A stretch of 64,000 nucleotides of DNA from NCBI RefSeq assembly GCF_011386835.1, contig NC_088807.1:19096001-19160000 (forward strand), given 5' to 3'. The notes beneath the pieces were generated by a model. The model did not search any database, had not been told where the DNA came from, and saw only the letters and a program-made list of their open reading frames with translations. This stretch comes from Chrysemys picta bellii. Taxonomy: Eukaryota. This document shows, piece by piece, positions 48,601 to 64,000 of this stretch. Both the position numbers and the translations under genes were made by a program. Position 1 is the first letter of the stretch; each line of letters begins with the position of its first letter.

Positions 48601-50905
48601 GCCAAGATCTCCCCGAACGACGTCTCCGGCGCCCACTATGGGCCGGAGCAGGAAGTGCAGAACGAGGCGCCTGGCAGAGCTCGGAGAGGCGCCCGGAGGA
48701 ACCTGCTGGAGCCCCAAAGAAGGAGAATCCGCCCGGGCTGCCGGCTGCCAGGAGAGACGTCTGAGGACAAAGGTACCGTCCTGCAGAGGGGCAGGACTTT
48801 TGGGTTCTCCCCCTGGCTCAGGGAGGGGAGTGGGGTCTAGTGGTTAGAGCAGGGGGAGGAGGCGCTGGGAGCCAGGACTCCTGGGTTCTCTCCCCCAGTG
48901 ACCCCGTGCCCTGTCCCTGCAGCGGAAGCCCCGTCTGGCATCGGGGACCTGGTTCTGGCAGCTGAACTGATGGAGATGGCCGGGGTGTCCCCCTGCTATG
49001 CCCAGCACCGGGGCGGGACCCAGCCGGCCGTGCAGCACGACCATGGGGCCTACGGCGTCCCCCAGGAGCCGGCTGCGCTGCACCGCATGGTGCGGGAGCT
49101 GCAGGAGACGGTGCATCGGCAGAACCAGCTGCTGCAGAGCTCGCAGGAGGCCCTGGCCGCCAGCCAGGAGCGCTGCCAGGAGCTGCAGGTGAGGGGCGAG
49201 GCACTAGGGGGCGCAGTGCTGCAAGGCGAGGGCATCATTCCCATACCCCACCCCAGAGTCAGCCGCATCCCAGCGCCGGGCAAGGGATCCCCGGATCCCC
49301 AGCACCCCCCCCCCAGATGGGCAGGGCGAGGGGTCCCCGAATCCCCAGCCCCTGCGCCCCACCCCAGATGGGCTGGGCGAGGGGTCCCTGGATACCCAGC
49401 CCCTGCGCCCCACTCCAGATGGGCTGGGCGAGGGGGCCCCGGATCCCCAGCCCCTGCGCCCCACTCCAGATGGGCTGGGCGAGGGGGCCCCGGATCCCCA
49501 GCCCCTGCGCCCCACCCCAGATGGGCTGGGCGAGGGGCCCCCGGATCCCCAGCCGCGTCTCTGGCTCTGCGTGCCGTAGGAGAGGTCGGAGAGCGAGTGC
49601 TGGGCGCTGGCGTCGGAGCTGGGCCAGCGGATCGCGGCGCTGGAGGCGGAGAACCGGAACCTGCGGTGCGAGCGGGACCAGCTGGAGAGCCAGACGCAGG
49701 GGCTGCGGGAGGAGCTGGAGCGGAGCCGCAGCACGGTGCTGCACATCAGCCAGAAGCTGAAGGAGCAGGGGGGCCGGGCCGGGCCGGGCCGGTTCTGCCT
49801 GGCCAGCGTCCGGGACGACGGCAAGTGGCTGCGGTTCTACACCGGCTTCGGCAGCGCCCAGCGCCTGGCCGCGTTCCTGGCCTTCCTGACGGAGGGGGAG
49901 CCGCAGCGGGGGGCCGAGCCGGGCCCCCCCAGCGCCCTGGGCCCCGAGGACCAGCTCTTCCTGGTGCTGGTGCGGCTGCGGCTGGGGCTGCTCCTGCAGG
50001 ATCTGGCCTTTCGCTTCCACCTTTCCGAGGCCACCGTCTCCCGCTACTGGCTCGGCTGGACCCAGCTCATGGAGACCCGGCTGGCCCAGGTGAGCCCCCA
50101 CCCTGGGGCCGGCGCCCCCTAGGGGGACAGGCCCCGGGCCCCATTCCCCACCCCCTGAGCCAGCCAGTCCCTGTCCTGGGGCCGGATGGGGCTGGCGCCC
50201 CCTAGAGGGGAGCAGGGGAGAATCTGTGTGCAGAACAGATTGGAGGGACTGGTCCACCCCTCACATGGGGAGGGGGCATTGCTTGGAGGGGTGCCCCCCC
50301 CAGGGGCAGGGGTTGCCTGGAGGGACTGGTCAGCCCCCCCATATGGGGATCACATGGGAAGGGGGTGTGACCTGGAGGGACAGTCCCCCACCTGGGAAGG
50401 GGGAGTGGCCTGGAGCCCCCCCACCTCCCAGCAGGGCCTGACTCTCCCGCCCCCTCTCCCGCAGGTGCCGGTGCGGTGCAGCCCGCGCTACGTGGAGCGG
50501 TTCGAGCCGCAGCGGGCGGCGCGGGTTGGGGGCGTCCCGCTGGTGGTGCTGGACTGCGCCCAGCTCTGCTTCGAGGGCCGGGGCCGGCAGCTCTACGCCC
50601 TGCAGGGCTGCGCCCTGGCCGCCCCCAGCGGCTTCCTGGCCTTCTGCTGCAGCGCCGCCTTGCGGGGCAGGGAAGGGGGGCCGGGGCTGCCCCCCTTCCT
50701 GCGGGACGGCCCCGTGGCCCTCAGCGCCCAGCAGGGGGAGGCCAGCCGGCAGGTGCTCAGCCTGGCCAGCCTGGCCGACAAGGCCCTGCGCTTCCGCTTC
50801 CTGCGGGGGGTCCAGCCCCCTGCCATGGAGGGCCAGGTGGGGCGGGCCTGGGCCATCTGCTGCTACCTGGCCTGCCTGCTGCATGAGCCCATGGGGCTGG
50901 CCTAG
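45579..50905 (+). CDS. Uncharacterised transposase-derived protein (coiled coil + HTH_Tnp_4 + degenerate DDE_Tnp_4), ~463-471 aa; exons 45579-45611 (or 46180-46188), 48607-48772, 48923-49188, 49580-50089, 50465-50905
   Basis: GT-AG introns join into one stop-free frame (phases 0,1,0,0); motifs FCLASVRDD...[43 protein letters not shown]...E, P.G...F, LPPFL. The last three exons are solid; the start exon is uncertain. Confidence 0.78.
46612..47815 (-). mobile_element. 5'-truncated CR1 LINE (RT region plus 3' end) in the intron of the transposase-derived gene
   Basis: [19 protein letters not shown]...SGVPQGSVL / FINDLEDG...[11 protein letters not shown]...RPHLEYC.QFWAP; one frameshift near 47590. 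Confidence 0.93.
47955..48604 (-). mobile_element. Probable solo LTR (~650 bp)
   Basis: Ends TGTCAA...TTGCCA; minus-strand TATAAATA ~48265; no TSD found. Confidence 0.4.
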
Positions 50906-51704
50906 GCAGGGGGGTCTGCCTCTGCCCCCAGGGGGAGGTGGGCCTTGGGGATTCCCCGCCTCCCCCCATAGCTGGCAGGTGTGGGGCTGGTATAGGGGCC
51001 CTGGATTCCCCCCTGCCAGTGACTGGGGGGAAGGGAGATCTGGGGGTCATCCAAGGGGGCTCACTGGGGGTCCTGCTCTCAGCTGTAGCTGATCTATGTG
51101 GCAGCCTGGATAGGGCATTTGGCCCCGCAATGCCCCCTCTTGGGGGGGTCCACACTGGGAGGGGGCTATGGGTGGGGGAGGGGCCGAGCCCTCCCCCTGA
51201 TTCCAGCCCACGAAGGCAGGAGGATGGGATAGTATCGGGGCGCTGGAGGCAGCTGGATCCCTCTCATTCCCCCTTCCACACAGGGGCGGGTAAAGCGAGG
51301 CACAGAAAGACCATGCTCAGCCCAGGGTGGAGGCAGGGATAGAACCCAGGAGTCCTGACTCCCAGGACCCCACCCCCCCCTTGCTCTAACCACTAGTCCA
51401 GATTCCCCTCCTAGAGTCAGGGAGAGAAATGGTGTCAAGTGGTTAGAGCACACTGGGGCTGGGAGCCAGGACTCCCGGGTTCTGTCCTCAGCTTTGCTGC
51501 TTCTGTTTCCCACTTTTTCTCCCCCTCCTGCCCAGCTGGTCCTGTCCCTGGGCTCAAGCCATTTGGGGGTGCCTGGAGAGGGGAGGCAATTCCCCACCTT
51601 TGCCAAATGGGGGGGGGGCTGCAGGGCCACTGGCCCCAACCCTGCTGCTCTATGTCTGGGTGGGTTCGTGGATTATTTGTAACCTGTCCCTGCTTTTGGT
51701 TGGA

Positions 51705-51710
51705 AATAAA
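51705..51710 (+). terminator. Putative poly(A) signal of the transposase-derived gene
   Basis: AATAAA about 800 nt after the TAG at 50903-50905, followed by T-rich sequence. Confidence 0.55.
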
Positions 51711-52595
51711 CCATTTGTTCCTGGGAACGGCGGTGAGGAGACATCCGTGAGCAGGGCCCCCCCCTCCAATAAGCCACCTGTATTGCAACCTATGCCCTCC
51801 CTGGGGGGACAGCCCTGCCCCACAGCCATGGGGAGCAGGAGAAAGCCCTGGGCCCCTCCCTTGAGAGAGCGGGATTGTGGGTTCTCTCTCTCCCAGGCTC
51901 TGGGAGGGGAGTGGGGTCTAGTGGTTAGAGCATGTCCTGGCCCCAGCTCTCCCCAGGGGGAAGTTGGCTGGAGGGACAGGGCACTGGCCACTTGCAGCAT
52001 AAGTGAGGCACCTGCTGGGCTCTTCTCTGCCCCACTGACTCCAGCAGAGCCCTGGGGCCAAACAGATGGGGGGGAGGGGGGGTGTGAGAGAGAGCACACA
52101 CGCGCGACACAGCCCACAGCCCCCCGGGAGGAGCCTGAGCCCCATTGGAAAGGCAGCTGCCCCCCAAACCTAGCCCTGCCCCCCTCACAGCTGTTGTCTG
52201 TAGAAGAGGGACAGGGGCAAATACAGACACTATTGCAACCTGGGGCGGCCCAGGGGCTACTTATCCAGGGACCCCTCCCCTGGTGCTGAGACGCAGCCCC
52301 AAGGCAGTGGAGCTGGTTATCCAGGGATTCCTCATCTGCTGAGATGGGGCAGGGCCCAGGGGCTGGGTATATGGGGACCCCTCCCCTGGCGCTGAGACAT
52401 GGCCCCTCTGGGGCAAGGGGGGGCTGGGTATATGGGGGTCCCCCCGGGACATGGCCCCTCTGGAATGGGGTGTGGGGGCTGGGTGTAACGGGGACCCCTC
52501 GCCCTGCACTGGGACATGGCCCCTGTGGGTTAGTGGGGGGAAGGGCACTGCCCCGCAAGCAAACACAGCAGACGCCAGCCCACGGTTCTGACCCA

Positions 52596-52601
52596 TTTAT
52601 T
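52596..52601 (-). terminator. RPL18 poly(A) signal
   Basis: TTTATT on + strand, 28 nt beyond the stop codon. Confidence 0.85.
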
Positions 52602-52629
52602 GGACACAGGCAGGTGCGGGCCGGCGCCC

Positions 52630-57898
<5,269 letters not shown>

Positions 57899-57899
57899 G

Positions 57900-58040
57900 G
57901 CGGCGGCGGCGGCTCGGCCTGGGAAGGAAGGAGGCGGGGCCGCGCGGGGGCTGATGGGAGCGGGCGCTCCGCTCTATGGCAGCGCGGCGGCAGGCAGAGC
58001 CCCGCTGGGGCCAGACGTGCGACGCTCCGGCCGGCGGGCT
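57900..58040 (-). promoter_or_regulatory. RPL18 CpG-island promoter with 5' TOP-like pyrimidine tract
   Basis: Minus strand CTCCTTCCTTCCC at ~57921-57934 just upstream of GCCGCCGCCATG. Confidence 0.8.
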
Positions 58041-58968
58041 CGATGGTGCTGGAGGACTCCGAACTATGATAGAGCAGCTGATAGAGTTTATGGAGTCCAG
58101 CCAGATCAGTTATCACGGAGATTGGGGCTAGACTAGGCTGGGCCGGGGATACTAGAGCAGAACAGAATGTGGCTATTGGAGTTAACTAGAGTACATGGTC
58201 AATATACATGGTCACTAGACTGGAAGAGAGCAGAACAGATCCGAATTTGGTGACTGGACAGACTAGACTAGCCGGACTAGACTAGTTTGGACACTAGACT
58301 AGACCACAGTGACTGCGCCTCAGATCCACGGGGAATTCTAACATGTTGCAATTTCGTTTCCTCCCTCAAGTGGAAATCTCACCTGTTTGGGCAAAATAAT
58401 TCATCCCGAGTTGCTTCCTTTCGGCCTCATGGACACCTTTAAGCGTTTCTATTGTGTTGCCTTATCACGGAGAACATCAAAGTCCAAAGGAAGCGGCCGA
58501 AAGGAAACCTTTGGCCCGTATTGAAAGGAAACGTTTTCTGCAGAACGTTTACAAGACATTGACACATGCCTGCGTTTTGATGTTACCAGATATTCATTTT
58601 CCAATGGAAAACTTCTTCCATCCGTTCATTTTCAGGTCTCTCTGGTTGCCATTAATACACAATTACTTGTACATTTTAATCTTGGGGGGTAAGAGGAGGG
58701 GAAGAATTGGTTACCACACAGATGGGACAAAAAATCTATATACCAATATGGGAGGAATAGACTAGAATAATAGTGTGTGTCTCATTATTAAAAATAATAC
58801 ATAGAGTCTGATTGATGCCTTTAAGTATTAGCACAATGCAAATAATTTGTTGTTTTTTATTACAAATTATTATTTATTAATTTATTAATTTGTTACTTAT
58901 AATAAACTTAAACCACTGTGGGTGCTTAGATTGTGAGCTCTTGGGCGGCACCGTATTAACACCTGGTA

Positions 58969-59866
58969 TAGGGTTACCATATGTCTGGATTTTCCCGGAC
59001 ATGTCCGGCTTTTTGGGCCTCAAATCCCTGTCAGGGGGAAAATCCCAAAAAGCCAGACATGTCCGGGAAAATAGGGAGGGAGGGCCCGGCGGTGCGGGGC
59101 CGGGGGCCGGCGCGGTGCTCGGCAAGGGCTGGGGCGGTGGGTGTGTGGCCGGGGGCCGGCGCGGTGCTCGGCTGGAGCCGGGGCCGGGGGCGCGAGCACT
59201 TAGCCGGGGGCCGGCGCGGTGCTCGGCCGGGGTCGGGGGTGTGGTGCTCGGCCGGAGCCGGGGCCGGCAGTGCGGGCACTTGGCTGGGGGCCGGGGCCGG
59301 CGCGGTGCTCGGCCGGGGCTGGGGTTGCGGTGCTCGGCCGAGGGCGCGGTGCTCAGCCGGGGCCGGGGCCGGCGGTGCGGGCACTTGGCTGGGGGCCAGG
59401 GCTTGTGCGGTGCTTGGCCGGGGCCGGGGCCGGGGGCGTGGTGCTCGGCCGGAGGCGGGGGCGGGGGCAGGGGCGCGGGCATTTGGCCGGGGGGCTGGCG
59501 CGGTGCTCGGCCGGGGGTGCAGGCAATTGGGCGGGGGCCAGCGCCCCAGGGCCCAAGCCGGGCGGGAGACGCCAGGGCCAGAGCCTCTTGGCCTGGGCCG
59601 GCCAGCCGGCCACCGGAGGGAGCCACTCGGCCAGGGGGCCTGGACTGGGCCGCGCTGCACCCCGCCCCAGCCCCAGCTTACCTGCTGCCTCCCTGTTTCA
59701 GGCTTCCCGCGAACATTTGATTCGCGGGAAGCAGGGGAAGGGGAGGAGCAGGGGGCGGAGCGTTCAGGGGAGGGGGCAGAGTTGGGGGGGCTGGGGGCGG
59801 AGTTGGGGCGGGGCCAAGGCCCCATGGAGTGTCCTCCTTTTTAAAAATTAAAATATGGTAACCCTA
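58969..59866. mobile_element. hAT-type MITE (898 bp) with an internal GC-rich minisatellite
   Basis: TIRs TAGGGTTACCATA / TATGGTAACCCTA; perfect TSD ACCTGGTA (58961-58968, 59867-59874). Confidence 0.92.
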
Positions 59867-60009
59867 ACCTGGTAGAAATAATAATGTACAGCTCCTAGCG
59901 CAATGTGGTCCTGGGCCGTGATTGGAGCTCCTAGGTGCTACCGTAATACCCCTAATAACTGATGTGCAGCTCCTAGCACAATGGGAGTCCAGCTCTGCAT
60001 ATCCCCTAC

Positions 60010-60520
60010 TAAATATGGCCGCCATCTGCATTAGCTGTTATGGAGGGAGAAGCAATTTTCTTTGCCCACATCCAAGATGGCTGTAATGCCCATTTGATTT
60101 CTATGGGAGGGCTGGGAATAAAGGCAGGGCCTAGTTCCCAGAACAAAGATGGCCGCCCCACTGCGTCGGTAAGTGGGCTGTAGTCCACGAAAGCTTATGC
60201 TCTAATAAATTTGTTAGTCTCTAAGGTGCCACAAGTACTCCTGTTCTTTTAGGGAGGAAACTATCTCCCTTGCCCACACTCAAAAGGGCCGCCACATCCC
60301 ATTGAATCGCAGGGAGGAGGGTGGAGCCAGACCTTTCCGCCCACAACAAAGATGGCCGCCACAGGGGCTTTCGGAAGGAGGGCGAAGCCGGCGGGGCTGG
60401 TGCTGCCCACCACAAAGGTGGCCGCCGCCTGGTCCGGGAGTAGGAGTGGAGGTGGGGGTGGGAGTCGAGCGCCCTGATTGGTGAGACTGGAAGGGCAGCT
60501 CTGTGATTGGCTGGAGCCAG
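60010..60520 (+). promoter_or_regulatory. Probable SPHK2 promoter region with YY1-motif cluster and CCAAT boxes
   Basis: AAGATGGC(C)GCC copies at ~60074, 60146, 60349; GATTGG at ~60477 and ~60506; CpG-rich. Confidence 0.55.
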
Positions 60521-61429
60521 CCACTCCTCCCCATTTATGGGGCCGGCTAGCGCCTGCTGGAAGCACTTCCTGGAGGGAGGGAGGGAAGCAGGTCCAGGGG
60601 CAGGGGGGCCAGAGGGAAGGGGGGCGAGGGACGAAGAGGGGGGGCGAGGGGAAGCACCTGCTGCCGGGGGCAGGTGATGGTGGCAGGTGTCAGCCCTGTG
60701 GGGGGGGCCCATTTCCCAGCCCCCCTGCCCTAGAGCGCGGGGCCAGGCTGCTCCCCGCCTGCGTCCCTAGCTGGGGGGGTCTGGATCGGTTCCAACCCCC
60801 CCGTTTCCCCGGGCCCCATTGCGGGCCGGTGGGAGGGGGGTGGTGGAAAGAAACTTTCTAAGTGTCTTTAAAAATCCTAGCGGCTCCTGGCTCCCTCCTG
60901 CCTAGCCGGGCACCCCACCCCCCGCCAAGCAAAGGCAGACATCGGGGAGGGGGGAGAGGGCTGGACCCAACTCAGCTCCCCCCTCCCCGCTGGGCCCCTC
61001 GGGAGGGGAAAGGCTAAAGCCGGCTTCTGGATCCCTGCGGGGCCCATCCCCCTGCTGAGCCGCTTAGTCAGGCCGGTTCTCATTCCTCGGCTGCTTGAGA
61101 TTCCCCAAGATTCCTGCCCTGGGGCGCTCCCCTCCGGGATGGGGCATCTTGGGGTGTGACGATCTCACCGGAGTCTGGGTGGGCCAGAGGCAGCAGAACA
61201 GACTTGGGGGTTGGGTCTGGACACTTCTCCTAGCGGGGTTAGTTGTTCCCTGGCCCGCCGGCCCGGTGCTGATCCACCCCCCTGCCCAGGAGCGGGCCAT
61301 ATCCTAGTGGCGGTTTGGGCGGGGTGGGGTGGGGAACTGGGGGAGAGTGGATGGGGCTGGAAGGACCCACCTGAGGTGCGGCTTGAGCCTGCTGGGGAAG
61401 GCTGGGTGGGCCACGGCACCGCCGGGAAG

Positions 61430-61856
61430 ATGAGCCTCGTCCTGGGCCCGTACGGCGAGGGTGCAGAGACGCTGCTTCACGGGGGAGTTTGGGGCTTACC
61501 CATCCAAGGGCTCCCGCTACGCCCTCAGCCTGACCCAGACGGCGCTGCACATCCAGCGGCTGGTGCCCAAGCCGGAGACGGACCAGCGAACCGTGGTGCC
61601 CCCTGGCCGAGGTGGTGGGCTGCCACACACTGCGCAGCCGGGCGCCAGCCGACCGGGCGGCGTATTTCTCGGTCTACGCCTACCCGCTGAAGAAGAGGAA
61701 GGTGGCGGTGGGGTCGGGGCGCGGGCGGCAGAGAGCGGCACGGACCTTCCAGGTGGATGGGGCCGACGACTACGAGAAGAACCAAGCGGTGGCGGAGAAA
61801 TGGGGCGGCTGCCATCAAGTGCCTGGTGCTGGGTATCCCCATCTCCAGTGACACAG
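61430..61856 (+). CDS. SPHK2: Sphingosine kinase 2, first large coding exon (partial gene; three +1 homopolymer frameshifts as assembled)
   Basis: Across frames: LLHGEFGAYPSKGSRYALSLTQTALHIQRLVPKP..., VPLAEVVGCHTLRSRAP.DRAAYF..YAYP, RTFQVDGADDYEKN...AEKWAAAIKCL; donor ACAG|GTAAG at 61856/61857; head-to-head with RPL18 as in human. Confidence 0.9.
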
Positions 61857-63179
61857 GTAAGGCCGTCGCTGTGCCATCTGCCCTGCTCCCTTCTCGGAAC
61901 TGGGGTGAGAACCCAGGAGTCCTGGCTCCCAGCCCCCACCCCTATCGCCCTCACCCGCTAGACCGCACTTTCAGAGCTAGAAATAGAACCCAGGAGTCCT
62001 GGCTCCCAGCAGCCCCCACCTCTAACCACTAGACCCCACTCCCCTCCCAGAGCAGGGGATGGAACCCAGGAGTCCTGGCTCCCAGAACCCGAGACTAAGT
62101 TCTGTCCGGTTCGACCCACCGTAACAATAATAAAACAGATGCTGTTGTGGAGACCCAGAGATGGTTCCACCTGGAGGTGGGACGTCAGCCCCCCTCAGAC
62201 GTTTCACTGCCCCGGCCCTGAATGTGTGCCCGGGACAGGGGGTTGCAGCCAGCGATGGCTCCGTGATCTCTGCTGCTGGAGAGCCCCAAAACCAGACCCG
62301 GTGAAGAGGGGACCCCCTGCCCCCTCTAGCTTCGCCTGCCATGCTGAACCGCCCTTGGTGGGTTTTACAGGCACAGGATGGGGGCCCGGATGCCTGGGTT
62401 CTCTCCCCGGTCCTGGGAGAGGGGTCCAGCCCCTAGAGTATGGGGCAGCTGGGAGGCAGGCTATCTGGATTGTGTGTGCCCGCAGGTGGGGCTGGGGAAC
62501 CAGTACCCGGGTGGTGCCTGGCATGCTTGGGGCCCGGATGGCAACGCCTCAGTTCAGGGAACTTGCAGGCCGGGTGCGGCCCCGTCCTTTCCTTGTCCTG
62601 GGCTGGGCTCCTTTGTCTTCCACAGCGTGGCCAAAGGTCAATGGATTGTCTTGAAGGTGGGGCTGTCGGATTCCTTGTCCTCCATCCCCTAGGCTTCCCT
62701 TGGGGGCCCCATCTCTCCCCCCCACACACTTGGTCTAACCCCTCCCACATCAGGGCCTCTCAAGGAGCCTCCCAAACCCTGGGGGGGGGGCAGGATCCCT
62801 CCTGGAGGGACTGGGAGTTGCCTTTAGCACTGGCTCCCCACCTCTCTGCACCTGCTGAGGGATGGGGGGTGCTGAAGGCGGGGCTGGCTGGGGGGCAGAT
62901 GCCATGGTGGCATGGGGGTTGGCTCCAGGGGGTGCCTAGGGACAGGGTGGGGGGGCTCTGGCAGGGGTGTGCATGGGTGCAGTGGAGGTGCATGAGTGGA
63001 GCACGCTGGGCAGAGGGTGTATTGGGGGGGGGGGTATCAGCGCTGCCTCTCTGGGCTGGGGACCCTGCAGAACCTGCCCCACTATCAGCCCTGGGTGTAA
63101 AGTGCACCCGTCTCCGCCTGGTACGATAACCGGGGAACTTTTGACTTGGAGTGAGGAGCATCCACCCCCCTCCAACCAC

Positions 63180-63645
63180 TTGATTCCATGCCCCTCCCAG
63201 AGCCAGGGTTAGAACCCAGGAGTCCTGGCTCCCGCTCTAACCACTAGACCCTGCTACCCTCCCAGAGCCAGGGTTAGAACCCAGGAGTCCTGGCTCCCGC
63301 TCTAACCACTAGACCCTGCTACCCTCCCAGAGCCAGGGTTAGAACCCAGGAGTCCTGGCTCCCGCTCTAACCACTAGACCCTGCTCCCCTCCCAGAGCTG
63401 GGATAGAACCCAGGAGTCCTGGTTCCCTGCTGTAACCACTATACCCCACTCCCCTCCCAGAGCCAGGGTTAGAACCCAGGAGTCCTGGCTCCCAGCCCCC
63501 CCCTCCTCCCGCTCTAACCACTAGACCCTGCTCCCCTCCCAGAGCTGGGGATAGAACCCAGGAGTCCTGGTTCCCTGCTGTAACCACTATACCCCACTCC
63601 CCTCCCAGAGCCAGGGAGAGAACCCAAGAGTCCTGGCTCCCAGGC
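63180..63645 (+). repeat. ~57-62 bp tandem repeat (GAACCCAGGAGTCCTG family) in SPHK2 intron
   Basis: About 8 copies. Confidence 0.9.
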
Positions 63646-64000
63646 CCCAGTGGGCAGGCACTAGGAAATGGATGAGTGTTTGCGTGCCCCAGCATTCCTT
63701 CTGCAGTGTGTGGTGGTGGTGCTGGGTTAATCTTTCCTCCCCGCACATCCTCCGGGCTCACTTATCTACTTCCCTCACCCTGTCGGGCAGGGTGCTCTCC
63801 CCTGGCAGTCTGTGCTGGGCCCTAGGGGGGCGCTATGCAGCCTGGAGTGGGGTGGGGGGCTCAGTAAAGGGCCCTCTTCCTATGCCTCCATGCCAGGCGA
63901 GGAGTCCATGTATAACCAGCCCCCACGTCCCACCGTCCTGCCACTGTCACGCTGGCTCAGAAGCTCAGGGCGGATCAGTCTAATATTGTCCTGGGTTCCT

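Noticed and set aside
48607-48772. THAP zinc-finger domain at the N-terminus of the novel protein
   Set aside because: There is no C-x2-4-C...C-x2-H signature in the reading frame.
49030-49055. HCF-1 binding motif (D/E-H-x-Y) in QHDHGAY of the transposase-derived protein
   Set aside because: The spacing is D-H-G-A-Y, one residue too long for the consensus, so it is at best a relic.

Overview
Vertebrate genomic DNA, most likely a GC-rich turtle (Testudines) microchromosome region. The assignment rests on tRNA-derived SINEs with CR1-type tails, CR1 LINEs and Penelope-type short repeats, all recognised by eye. Six recognisable genes are present: ZNF524 (-), FIZ1 (+), ZNF579 (+), a SULT2B1-like sulfotransferase (-, 6 coding exons), RPL18 (-, 7 exons, 188 aa) and the 5' end of SPHK2 (+, three homopolymer frameshifts that are probably assembly errors). 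The main find lies between the sulfotransferase and RPL18. It is an intact, spliced gene with a CpG-island promoter and poly(A) signal. It encodes a long coiled coil/leucine zipper, an HTH_Tnp_4-type helix-turn-helix and a degenerate DDE_Tnp_4 fold, so it looks like a domesticated, catalytically dead ISL2EU/Harbinger-group transposase that I cannot match to a known gene. Also present: a dead zinc-finger gene split by a nested LTR-like/hAT-MITE insertion, hammerhead-like motifs in Penelope-derived repeats, YY1-motif arrays at two promoters, several hAT elements with target-site duplications, LTR remnants and many GC-rich minisatellites. All family assignments come from motif recognition and recalled sequences, not database searches.
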